The notes below the pieces were generated by a model, which worked only from the letters and a program-made list of their open reading frames with translations, did no database searches and was not told the DNA's origin. A stretch of 64,000 nt of DNA from the NCBI GenBank assembly GCA_049325535.1, contig JBMOKY010000001.1, positions 1,074,118 to 1,138,117 on the forward strand, given 5' to 3'. The DNA comes from Patescibacteria group bacterium. GTDB taxonomy: Bacteria; Patescibacteriota; Patescibacteriia; UBA10025; JAHIVO01. This document shows positions 51,031 through 60,328 of this stretch, in pieces. Numbering within the stretch: the stretch's first letter is position 1; each line of letters begins with the position of its first letter. The translations under genes and the position numbers were made by a program.

Positions 51031-52491
51031 ATGAATGTACTATTTATTACCGCCGAAATGGCTCCGCTGGCAAAAGTTGGCGGACTCGCCGATGTCGCCG
51101 GCGCTTTGCCTAAAGCGCTCAAACAATTAGGAGTGGACATCCGCGTGGTCATGCCAAAATATGCCAGTATCGACACCAGCCAATACCCCCTCCAGCACGT
51201 CGCAGATGGGATTACCATACCATTTAAAGGCACAACTGAGGTGGTATCACTCTACGCCACCACCATTCCCGGCAGCGATGTGCCCGTTTACCTAATTGAA
51301 CACCCGGGGTATTTGAGCACACATGCGATATACTTTGAGGACATCGAGCGGCAGGACAAAACACAGCTGGAGGCGGAACGATTCCTCTTCTTCTCCCGAG
51401 CCAGCCTGGCCATTCCCGCCTCGACCGGTTGGTATCCCGACATTATTCACTGTCAGGACTGGCATGTCGGACTGGTACCGATTCTCAGAGACATCCTAGG
51501 GAAAAAAGACGCTCGGCTGGCCAGAGCAAAGACACTCCTGACAATCCACAATCTCGAATACCAGGGCTGGTACCAAAAACAAACGGTATTTGACTTGCTC
51601 GGACTCACTCCATCGGATCATCCGGCCTTACGTGACACACCCCGCGACCAGATCATCAGCTTACGGCATGGGATTCTTACGGCTGATTATCTCAATACGG
51701 TTTCGGAAACGTACGCCCACGAAATTCTGACACCTGAATTTGGCGCCCATCTCGAACACGACTTGCATAACCGACAACGGCAGCTCCGTGGCATCGTCAA
51801 TGGGATCGACACGGAACGATTCGATCCGGAAACCGACACGGCCATAGCCGCCACGTACACCGCCGCACACCCGGAAAATAAAAAACAGTGCAAAACCGCC
51901 CTGCAAAAATTATGCGATTTGCCAACTGACACTGAAGCGCCGCTGCTCGGGATCGTCAGTCGATTGGCCCAGCAAAAAGGTATCGACTTATTGGTCGACA
52001 TCATTGATGACATCGCTGAATCAGGGGCTCAGCTGGTCGTCCTCGGGACCGGATTGCCCGATATCGAACAGGCGGTACAGGCCGCCGCAAAACGCAACCC
52101 CGCATCCGTATCGGCACAAATCGGATTTGATGGGACACTCGCCCGACGAATATACGCCGGATGCGACTTTTTCCTCATGCCATCACGATACGAGCCATGC
52201 GGACTTGGGCAAATGATTGCCATGCGCTATGGTACCGTGCCGGTAGTCCGTGCCACTGGCGGGCTGAAGGATACGGTACACGAAATTACCGTCAATGGCG
52301 CTGCCGGCGAAGGATTTGTATTTGACGAATATAGCGCACCTCAATTTCTACAGGCAATACAGCGAGGTCTGGGACTTTATCAGAACGAAAAAGCATGGCA
52401 TACTGTAATCAGCCGCATTATGCGCCTCGACTTTTCCTGGGACGCGTCAGCCAGACAATATTACCAGCTCTACCAAACACTCAAGCCCTAA
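51031..52491 (+). CDS. glgA: glycogen/starch synthase (GT5), second paralog
   Basis: E..P.AKVGGLADV, HCQDW, TIHN, NGID, PSRYEPCGL. Confidence 0.92.
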   Translation: MNVLFITAEMAPLAKVGGLADVAGALPKALKQLGVDIRVVMPKYASIDTSQYPLQHVADGITIPFKGTTEVVSLYATTIPGSDVPVYLIEHPGYLSTHAIYFEDIERQDKTQLEAERFLFFSRASLAIPASTGWYPDIIHCQDWHVGLVPILRDILGKKDARLARAKTLLTIHNLEYQGWYQKQTVFDLLGLTPSDHPALRDTPRDQIISLRHGILTADYLNTVSETYAHEILTPEFGAHLEHDLHNRQRQLRGIVNGIDTERFDPETDTAIAATYTAAHPENKKQCKTALQKLCDLPTDTEAPLLGIVSRLAQQKGIDLLVDIIDDIAESGAQLVVLGTGLPDIEQAVQAAAKRNPASVSAQIGFDGTLARRIYAGCDFFLMPSRYEPCGLGQMIAMRYGTVPVVRATGGLKDTVHEITVNGAAGEGFVFDEYSAPQFLQAIQRGLGLYQNEKAWHTVISRIMRLDFSWDASARQYYQLYQTLKP

Positions 52492-53487
52492 ATGACCCCA
52501 CTTACTCCCAAATCAAAAACAGCGAAAGAAAAACCGCTGAAAGAAGTAAGAATAGAACCAACTAACAGTGAGGTGCGCATCGACGAAATTCACGATCGCT
52601 TCATTATTATAGCGCCGAAACGAGGAAAACGACCGCATGACACCAAACAACACATCCAGGACGTCCCCGTCAAATCAAAAGACTGTCCCTTTTGTTTGGA
52701 AACAAAAATGATGTCCCAGTCCCCGCTGTACCAGGAAGGTCCGGACGAATGGTGGGAGATTAAAGTAATAAAAAACATATTTCCTTTTGTCAGTCCGGAC
52801 AATCCAAATGCCTATGGTCATCAGGAGGTGATTATTGAAACCCCGCATCACAATAAAGAATTTGCGGATTTTGGTGAATCCCATGTGTACCGGGTACTCA
52901 AGGCATATGTAGCGCGGACGAAATCGCTGATGAAGGACCCAAAAATCAAATACATCATCATTTTCAAAAACCATGGCGGTAAGGCCGGCGCCTCCTTGGT
53001 GCATGCGCACTCCCAAATTATGGCAGCAGGCTTTGTGCCAAGCCATATCGTCAATAAATTAAGTCGCGCCCGGGCCTACCAGATCAAGCACGGTGCCTCA
53101 TACTATGCCAAACTGGCCCATGACGAAGTCAGGGGTCCGCGTAAAATCTATAGCGACAAATATATCGCCGCGTTCTGCCCCTATGCTTCTTCATATAACT
53201 ATGAAGCGTGGATTTTACCGAAACGGCAGGTTGATAATATTTCCCAGCTGGACGAAGAGGAATTAAAGTCGCTAGCAAAAGTGCTGAAACACATCATTAA
53301 AAAGGTCAATCAGCTGGAACTCCCGTATAATTTTTACATGCATCAGACGGTTACCGATCCCAATGAATATTTTTATCTGAGGGTGTGCCCCCGCCGGGAC
53401 ACCTGGGCAGGGGTTGAGCTGGGTTCCCGGGTCATCATCAATACGGTCGCCCCGGAAGACGCGGCAAAATTTTACCGCGGACGATAG
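52492..53487 (+). CDS. GalT-like (HIT superfamily) sugar-phosphate nucleotidyltransferase
   Basis: R..RP, CPFC, N.FP, G.QEV..E.P.H, FKN.G..AGASL.HAHSQ. Confidence 0.88.
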   Translation: MTPLTPKSKTAKEKPLKEVRIEPTNSEVRIDEIHDRFIIIAPKRGKRPHDTKQHIQDVPVKSKDCPFCLETKMMSQSPLYQEGPDEWWEIKVIKNIFPFVSPDNPNAYGHQEVIIETPHHNKEFADFGESHVYRVLKAYVARTKSLMKDPKIKYIIIFKNHGGKAGASLVHAHSQIMAAGFVPSHIVNKLSRARAYQIKHGASYYAKLAHDEVRGPRKIYSDKYIAAFCPYASSYNYEAWILPKRQVDNISQLDEEELKSLAKVLKHIIKKVNQLELPYNFYMHQTVTDPNEYFYLRVCPRRDTWAGVELGSRVIINTVAPEDAAKFYRGR

Positions 53488-53539
53488 TCGGTCCGAGCTT
53501 GACGAAAATATATGCTCGGGTAAGATAGAGGTCACTCGT

Positions 53540-53887
53540 ATGTCATACGCCTCCCCCTATTTTTATATCGTTGCCATTGTCCTGATTGCTGTCGTTGGAG
53601 GTGGCTTTATCTGGGCGTACGAAGCGGAAGCCCCTCAGCCCGAATACCAACCGCCGGCTCTCCACCAGCCGACGGTGCTTGGTGCCGCCACCGGAGAACC
53701 GATCATACAGCCCCTCGCCGCGGAATCAGCCCCGCTTGAGCAGGCCGATCTGATACCCAGCCAAGTAAATGTTGAGTATCTATCATACTGCCACCGCCCC
53801 GCCCGACTCGCTGAACTGGACCTATGGTCAGGCCAGCCAACCCTCCGACTGCGGGCACACCTGGCCAATCCTACTGCCTGCAAATAA
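53540..53887 (+). CDS. small membrane-anchored hypothetical protein
   Basis: N-terminal transmembrane helix, VLGA motif, own promoter-like sequence and terminator. Confidence 0.55.
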   Translation: MSYASPYFYIVAIVLIAVVGGGFIWAYEAEAPQPEYQPPALHQPTVLGAATGEPIIQPLAAESAPLEQADLIPSQVNVEYLSYCHRPARLAELDLWSGQPTLRLRAHLANPTACK

Positions 53888-53899
53888 CCGACGAAAAAC

Positions 53900-53935
53900 A
53901 CAAAACAGCCGTTCCATGCTTGCGGCTGTTTTTTG
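53900..53935. terminator. bidirectional terminator
   Basis: AAAACAGCCG...CGGCTGTTTTTT. Confidence 0.7.
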
Positions 53936-54024
53936 GCGCCCCGATCGGCCACGAAAAAGAGGTGCCCCCTTGCTGGAGTGGGGCCGGCCACAGCGCCAAG
54001 TTGAACCTAGGTCTGGGTCGTCAT

Positions 54025-55221
54025 TTAAACAAATCGGACAAACTTTCGTTTGCCGACCTGGAGCACCGTGCCATGAGTGACTCGGACTTTTTTCTTCCAG
54101 TCCGTAATCTTGACGCCATCATAGACGACGCCGCCTTGTTCTATCAGACGCTTAGCTTCACTTTTTGAGGTGATGAGCTTGGTCTCGACGATCATGTCCA
54201 CCGGGCTATAATCGCCGATTTTAGGCAAATGAAAGGTCGGCATGTCTTCCGGTGCGCGCTTGTCTTTAAACACGCTCGTAAATTCCGCTTCTGCCCGGAT
54301 AGCGGCGGCCGTACTATGGTACATGCCAACCAATTCGCGCGCCAATCGCGCCTTAAAATCACGCGGATTGGCACCATGCTTCATTTCCTGCTCCATCTGC
54401 ACGATGTCCTTCAGCGGAACGCCAGTTACCAGTGTAAAATATTTGAAAATCAGTGCATCGGGAATCGACATGACCTTGCCGTACATATCAGTCGGCGAAT
54501 CTTCCAGATCAATAGTATTGCCGACACTTTTACTCATCTTGTGCACGCCATCAGTACCCTCCAGCAGCGGAACCGTCAAAATGTCCTGAGGTGGCTGATG
54601 GTAACGCGGTTGGATGGTACGGGCAGCCAGCACATTGAACGTCTGGTCAGTGCCGCCCAATTCCACGTCCGCTTGGAGCGCCACCGAATCATAGCCCTGT
54701 AAAATCGGATACGTCAGTTCGTGTACCCAGAGTGGTTTGCCGCGTTTCAGTCGCTCCTGAAACATGTCACGCTCCAGCATCTGATTCACTGAAAAATAGC
54801 TCAGGAGCTGAAATAGCTCGGCAAAATCCATTTGTCCGTGCCATTCTGAATTATGGCGCACCTCAACCCGGGCCATGTCTAGCACCTGGCCGATTTGCCG
54901 TACATAGGACTTCATATTCAGCTGGATCTGATGGACCGTCAAAGGCTGGCGAGCGGATAATTTATCGGTCGGATCACCGATGCGGGCGGTAAAATCACCT
55001 ACCAAAAAAATAATCTGATGGCCCAATTCCTGAAACTGACGCAATTTGCGTAGCACTACGGTGTGCCCAAGGTGTAGACGCGGCGCGGTTGGGTCTATAC
55101 CAAGCTTAATACGCAACCGCTTCCCCGAGTCGAGCTTTTGTGCTAGACTTCGTTTCACGATTATTTGGTCGACGCCACGGGTGAGTACCTCGTGTTTCTG
55201 GTCAGAAGTGGGCTTTTTCAT
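54025..55221 (-). CDS. tyrS: tyrosyl-tRNA synthetase
   Basis: G.DPT...LHLGH, YP..QGYD, GGTDQ.FN, KMSKS, C-terminal S4 domain. Confidence 0.96.
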   Translation of the reverse strand: MKKPTSDQKHEVLTRGVDQIIVKRSLAQKLDSGKRLRIKLGIDPTAPRLHLGHTVVLRKLRQFQELGHQIIFLVGDFTARIGDPTDKLSARQPLTVHQIQLNMKSYVRQIGQVLDMARVEVRHNSEWHGQMDFAELFQLLSYFSVNQMLERDMFQERLKRGKPLWVHELTYPILQGYDSVALQADVELGGTDQTFNVLAARTIQPRYHQPPQDILTVPLLEGTDGVHKMSKSVGNTIDLEDSPTDMYGKVMSIPDALIFKYFTLVTGVPLKDIVQMEQEMKHGANPRDFKARLARELVGMYHSTAAAIRAEAEFTSVFKDKRAPEDMPTFHLPKIGDYSPVDMIVETKLITSKSEAKRLIEQGGVVYDGVKITDWKKKVRVTHGTVLQVGKRKFVRFV

Positions 55222-55288
55222 ACGTATGATAGTTTATAGTATACCGTAACTCTGGTATAATAAAAAGGCTAATGTACTGCTTATTCTC

Positions 55289-56185
55289 ATGCCGAAACAT
55301 ACCATAGGATTAGACGTCGGGGGTACCAAAATACAGGCGGGGGTCATCACGCGAACCGGGCGCGTCATCGATTCGGTTCAGTTTGCCAACGACATCAGCA
55401 CCACCCGTCGTACACTTGCCCAGATTATGGCCGCCATTGATCATTTTTTTCGTACTCATACCATTGGTGGCATTGGCGTCGGTATAACTGGGGTAGTGGA
55501 GTCAGCTGCGGGTGTGGTAGTCAGTTCCCCCAATCTCCCGCGTGACTGGCATCGCATACCGCTCGGCCGGCTGCTCAAAAATAAATATCACGTCCCAATA
55601 TCTATTGATAATGATGCAAATTGCTGCGCGCTGGCCGAGGCGCTTATTGGTCGCGGCAAACGCTACAGCGTGGTACTCGGCCTGACAATCGGTACCGGCA
55701 TCGGCACGGGCCTGGTTATCGATAAAAAATTGTACCGTGGCGGTTTACAGGCCGTCGAGTTTGGCCATACGGTCATCAGTGATTCCCAGGTTCGCTGTAG
55801 CTGTGGTCGCCCCGGGCATTTCGAAGCGCTGGTTTCAGGTACAGCGTTGGTTGCTGCTTACCGCCGTCAAACCGGCACTACAAAGACCTCATACCAGATC
55901 ATTGCCGAAGCACGAGCCGGGAAACGAGCCGCACGCCAAACGCTGCACACCATGAGCGGCTATCTCGCCCGTGGATTGGCCAATGCCACTCAGGCCTACT
56001 CACCGGACATTATCGTGCTCGGCGGGGGACTGGCTCGTGTCTCTGCCTTAGTGAAACCGGCGCTGAAAAAGGTGCCCACACTAGTTCGCGCGGTGCAAAC
56101 ACGACGGCCCCATATAGTTACGTCACGACTTCACTATGACGCCGGCATCATCGGAGCCGCCCTCCTCGCTCACCAGCCTCGCTAA
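55289..56185 (+). CDS. ROK family kinase
   Basis: IGLDVGGTK, NDAN...LAE, GTGIG.G, EFGH, C.CG..GH.E. Confidence 0.9.
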   Translation: MPKHTIGLDVGGTKIQAGVITRTGRVIDSVQFANDISTTRRTLAQIMAAIDHFFRTHTIGGIGVGITGVVESAAGVVVSSPNLPRDWHRIPLGRLLKNKYHVPISIDNDANCCALAEALIGRGKRYSVVLGLTIGTGIGTGLVIDKKLYRGGLQAVEFGHTVISDSQVRCSCGRPGHFEALVSGTALVAAYRRQTGTTKTSYQIIAEARAGKRAARQTLHTMSGYLARGLANATQAYSPDIIVLGGGLARVSALVKPALKKVPTLVRAVQTRRPHIVTSRLHYDAGIIGAALLAHQPR

Positions 56186-56188
56186 CAT

Positions 56189-58867
56189 ATGCCCATACCC
56201 CATTTGCACAAGCCCCAATTCCGCATCAAACCAATCGGCCAGCGCATGAGCCAGGCCAGTCTGCGCCAGCATGGCAAAAATTTTGGGCACCATAATTCGT
56301 CACCGACGAAAAAGCCTTCCGTGCGGGGCTGGAGAAATAAAATCGTTCGCTATGGACTGCCCGCGCTTGGCGGAATGGTGCTGCTGCTCATCATTGGCGG
56401 TGTTGCTGCGTTTGCCCTTGTTTCTCGTGACCTTCCCGATCCGGATAAAGTCATCGATCGTTCAGTAGCACAAAGCACCAAAATATACGCCCGCGATGAA
56501 ACCACTCTTCTGTATGAGATTCATGGCGACATTCGGCGCACCCTGATCCAGATTGAGGATGTGCCGGACATCATGAAATACGCCACAATCGCCATCGAAG
56601 ATCAAGATTTTTACAACCACCAAGGATTTGACCTGGGAGGTATCATTAAGGCGGCTTGTCATGAAGCGTTCGGTAATCTCGGCGGGCTCTGCCCGCAGCG
56701 TGGCGGATCCACCATTACCCAGCAATTCGTAAAAAATGCCATTCTGACAACCGAACGGTCCTACACGCGCAAAATTAAGGAATTGGTCATTGCCTACCAG
56801 CTGGAAAAAAAATTCTCAAAAGACCAAATACTCCAGCTCTATTTCAATGAGATTCCCTTTGGCTCCACCCTCTACGGTGTGGAGGCGGCGGCGCAATCGT
56901 TCTTCGGCAAGTCAGTGCGGGATGTCACGCTGGCTGAAGCCGCTTTCCTGGCAGCAATTCCCAATCGACCCACCTACTATTCCCCCTACGGTAACAATAC
57001 TGATGCGCTCTCGGCACGCATCCATCTCATTCTGGACGAGATGGTTGCTCAGGGATATGCGACCGAAGCAGAGGCAGCCGAAGCGAAAACGGTTAATTTA
57101 CTTGAGCAGCTACGACCGCCGTACCAAAATATCACCGCCCCCCATTTCGTACTCTGGGTCAAGGAACAACTGGCGGAAAAATATGGCGAAACCGTGGTGG
57201 AAACCGGCGGCCTGAAGGTTATTACGACACTTGATATCGACAAACAACGAGTGGCCGAAGAGGTGATTGCTGAACAAGCGCCAAAAAACGCTGATCGGTA
57301 CGGGGCCAGTAATGCCGCGCTAGTCAGCATCGACACGAAAACCGGACAAATCACGGCCATGGTCGGGTCAAAAGATTATTTTGATGATAGTATCGATGGG
57401 CAGGTGAACGTAACCCTGCGCCCCCGCCAACCCGGTTCATCGTTTAAGCCGGTTGTCTATGCCTCAGCCTTTGAAAAGGGATATACGGCGGACACTATTC
57501 TTTTTGACCTGGTCACGAATTTCAAAACCGATACCGGTAATTACACCCCAAAAAATTACGATCTCCGTGAACACGGTCCCGTCACCATGCGCCAGGCTTT
57601 GGCCGGCTCACTCAATATCCCCGCGGTTAAAACGCTGTATCTAGCGGGCGTGGATACAGTGCTTGATAATGCCCAAAAGCTCGGTTACACCACACTGGGC
57701 GATCGAAGTCGTTTTGGGCTGTCACTCGTGCTCGGCGGCGGGGAGGTGACACTCCTAGAACACACCGCTGCATTTGCCACCTTTGCCCGCGAAGGTGAAT
57801 ACCATCCACCCACTGGGGTGCTCCGCGTAGAAGACGCTAATGGTAAAGTGCTGGAGCAATTTGAAGAACGTTCTGAGCAAGTAATGGACACAAAGGCGAT
57901 TCGTCTTCTCAATAATATCTTATCCGATGACGGCGCACGCGCATATATATTCGGCGCCGGTGGCTACCTGACGCTTCCCGGCCGGCCAGTCGCCGCGAAA
58001 ACAGGCACCACGAATGATTACCGTGACGCCTGGACGATGGGTTTTACGCCCTATGAGGCCACGGGCGTCTGGGTTGGGAATAATGACTTTTCGGAAATGA
58101 AGCGCGGCGCGGACGGATCAATTGTGGCCGCACCTATTTGGCATAATTTTATGGTACGCACTATATCCGGCCCGGCACAGCCCTTCAATCAGCCTGACGC
58201 AAATAATGCGGAAAAGCCCGTACTGCGCGGCCAACTCGAGGGGGGCACCACCGTCAAGGTGGATCGCGTTACCGGCAAACGGATACCGGACGAATGCCGG
58301 GATTCCTATCCAGTTGAATTCGTCACTGAGAAAACCCTGCGCATTGCCCATTCCATTCTCTTTTACGTCAACCGTGATGACCCGCGGGGCGCGGTGCCGG
58401 CCGATCCTACCGCCGATCCTCAGTACGCCAGCTGGGAAGAGCCCGTGAGGCGCTGGGCTGAAGCCAATAATTATTTGGAGAGCTTGCCGGCACTTGAGAG
58501 CTGTGACCGGCGCAGCACCGACAATAAACCAATGGTTTCATTTGCGTCTCCGAAAACGGGTGACACGATAACCGGCAATACCCTTTCGGCAACCGTTCAG
58601 ACAACAGCGGCCACCGGGCGAACCGTGACTAAAGTAGTGTATCAGCTCGATGATGAAATAATCGGCACCGCAACGAAAAAGCCCTTCAGCTTAACGTACA
58701 CATATAAAACCGTAATGAGTAATGGGTTTCACGATCTGACTGCCACTGTTTATGATGACATTGAGAATGTCAGCACCGCTACGATTACCGTCAACTATCT
58801 AAAAAATGTGCCGACAAACACAAATACCACGAATACCAATTCAACTTCGAATACAAACAACCCTTAG
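56189..58867 (+). CDS. class A penicillin-binding protein (PBP1A family) with a C-terminal Ig-like domain
   Basis: EDQDFYNH.G, GGSTITQQ, RK.KE, SSFK, SLN, KTGT. Confidence 0.95.
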   Translation: MPIPHLHKPQFRIKPIGQRMSQASLRQHGKNFGHHNSSPTKKPSVRGWRNKIVRYGLPALGGMVLLLIIGGVAAFALVSRDLPDPDKVIDRSVAQSTKIYARDETTLLYEIHGDIRRTLIQIEDVPDIMKYATIAIEDQDFYNHQGFDLGGIIKAACHEAFGNLGGLCPQRGGSTITQQFVKNAILTTERSYTRKIKELVIAYQLEKKFSKDQILQLYFNEIPFGSTLYGVEAAAQSFFGKSVRDVTLAEAAFLAAIPNRPTYYSPYGNNTDALSARIHLILDEMVAQGYATEAEAAEAKTVNLLEQLRPPYQNITAPHFVLWVKEQLAEKYGETVVETGGLKVITTLDIDKQRVAEEVIAEQAPKNADRYGASNAALVSIDTKTGQITAMVGSKDYFDDSIDGQVNVTLRPRQPGSSFKPVVYASAFEKGYTADTILFDLVTNFKTDTGNYTPKNYDLREHGPVTMRQALAGSLNIPAVKTLYLAGVDTVLDNAQKLGYTTLGDRSRFGLSLVLGGGEVTLLEHTAAFATFAREGEYHPPTGVLRVEDANGKVLEQFEERSEQVMDTKAIRLLNNILSDDGARAYIFGAGGYLTLPGRPVAAKTGTTNDYRDAWTMGFTPYEATGVWVGNNDFSEMKRGADGSIVAAPIWHNFMVRTISGPAQPFNQPDANNAEKPVLRGQLEGGTTVKVDRVTGKRIPDECRDSYPVEFVTEKTLRIAHSILFYVNRDDPRGAVPADPTADPQYASWEEPVRRWAEANNYLESLPALESCDRRSTDNKPMVSFASPKTGDTITGNTLSATVQTTAATGRTVTKVVYQLDDEIIGTATKKPFSLTYTYKTVMSNGFHDLTATVYDDIENVSTATITVNYLKNVPTNTNTTNTNSTSNTNNP

Positions 58868-58905
58868 CGCGACTAAAAATCAATGCCACTGAACCCTCAC
58901 TCAAT

Positions 58906-58933
58906 AAAGCACCCCACGGCCGTGGGGTGCTTT
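58906..58933. terminator. perfect 28-bp palindrome, bidirectional terminator between convergent PBP and dnaN
   Basis: AAAGCACCCCACGGCCGTGGGGTGCTTT. Confidence 0.7.
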
Positions 58934-58955
58934 GGCATCAACGGTCAAATCGTAA

Positions 58956-60056
58956 CTATTGTTTTATAGGCATGATGATGTACAAATAGTCGCTGGCGTC
59001 TTTTGGTTTCAGCAGGCCCGGGCTACTATTTGTCGTCAGCTCGAGGACACACTCTTCGGTGGCGATATTCTGCAAGCCTTCTTGTAAAAAGCGGTGATTG
59101 AAAATAATGTCATTGCTCTGGCCGGTAATAATAGCGTCCTGTTCTGCCTGACTTTCGCCGATTTGTACGTTTGCCGCGGAAACGGTGATACGACCGGCCG
59201 GTTGATCAAATACCAGTTGGACGTCATTACTACCCGGCTTACAAAAGAGGCTGGCCTGTTTCACCGTGTTTGCAAAAGCCCTCGTGTTGATTTGCGCACG
59301 GGTAATGCTATCGCTTGGTATAATTTGTTTATAATCAGGATATTGACCTTCGATCACGCGCGAGGTCAGGGTTACCGGACCGGCAATAAACACAATTTGG
59401 TTTTCGTTGCTCCGGATCGTTACCTGATCGTCCGCCTCGCTTAAAATCCGAATAAGTTCCTGGGCGGTACGCATGGGAATAATGACCCGATAATCAGCCG
59501 CGCCCGTCTTGACCGAAACGGTACGCTCGGCCAGCCGATAGCTGTCAGTAGCCGCGAGGATGATGCCCATATCAGTAAACTGCATGAATACCCCACTTAT
59601 CTCCGGGCGCGTCTCATCATACGCAACGGCAAATGCTACTGAGGTGAGAGCCTCTTTGAGAGTGGCCGCCGGTACAATAATTTCCCGTTTTGCTTCCACT
59701 TCAGGAATAAGCGGAAATTCAGCAGGGTCGACACCTTTCATGGTTGTTTTCGCTTTTATCGACCGTACATGCAGCGTCTGTTCGACAGATTCTAGTTCGA
59801 CATTACCACTCGGCAAAAGGCCCACATAATCACTTAACGTTTTAGCTTGGACCGTTACCGCCCCCTCTTCACTTACTTTTCCGCGAACCTGAGTCACGAC
59901 GCCAATCTCCAGATTTGTTGTCATCAGCGACAGTCCACCTTTTTCAGCTTTTAATAAAACATTATTTAAAATAGGTAAAGAAATATTTTTACTGGCGACA
60001 TGGCTGACAATGGCAAGTCCGGATGATAAATTTTCTTGGGTGCAGGTAATTTTCAT
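58956..60056 (-). CDS. dnaN: DNA polymerase III beta clamp
   Basis: LPIL.N.L, TNLE, E.RP.ISG, ATDSYRL, G.YPDY, IMP. Confidence 0.97.
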   Translation of the reverse strand: MKITCTQENLSSGLAIVSHVASKNISLPILNNVLLKAEKGGLSLMTTNLEIGVVTQVRGKVSEEGAVTVQAKTLSDYVGLLPSGNVELESVEQTLHVRSIKAKTTMKGVDPAEFPLIPEVEAKREIIVPAATLKEALTSVAFAVAYDETRPEISGVFMQFTDMGIILAATDSYRLAERTVSVKTGAADYRVIIPMRTAQELIRILSEADDQVTIRSNENQIVFIAGPVTLTSRVIEGQYPDYKQIIPSDSITRAQINTRAFANTVKQASLFCKPGSNDVQLVFDQPAGRITVSAANVQIGESQAEQDAIITGQSNDIIFNHRFLQEGLQNIATEECVLELTTNSSPGLLKPKDASDYLYIIMPIKQ

Positions 60057-60328
60057 AGAGTGTTTAAATTAATACAATGATAGTAAGAATAATAAGGTGG
60101 GTGGATAAGTGGATAAATGTATTTATATTTATTTCCATTGGATGAAATTTATGAGATGCCGGGAAAAATTGTGGGTGAGGGTGTGCGGGAAATGATGTTT
60201 GGTTGGGGATGATGCGTAGTGCCGATTCAGATCAGAGCCGGCAGCGAATACTTATACTCTTTTGATGAACGGTTTATGCTCAGACTTGCCACCGAAACAC
60301 ATCCGCTCATACGCATGTTATACACAGG
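60057..60328 (-). other. oriC unwinding region: overlapping DnaA boxes, GC motif, DnaA-trios and AT-rich DUE
   Basis: The minus strand reads TTATCCACTTATCCACC-CACC-T-TAT-TAT-TCT-TAC-TAT-CAT (60116 to about 60077). A further box TTATACACA lies at 60318-60326. Confidence 0.85.

Noticed and set aside
58906-58933. IS200/IS605-type end palindrome
   Set aside because: There is no tnpA or tnpB remnant nearby, and its position between convergent genes fits a bidirectional terminator.
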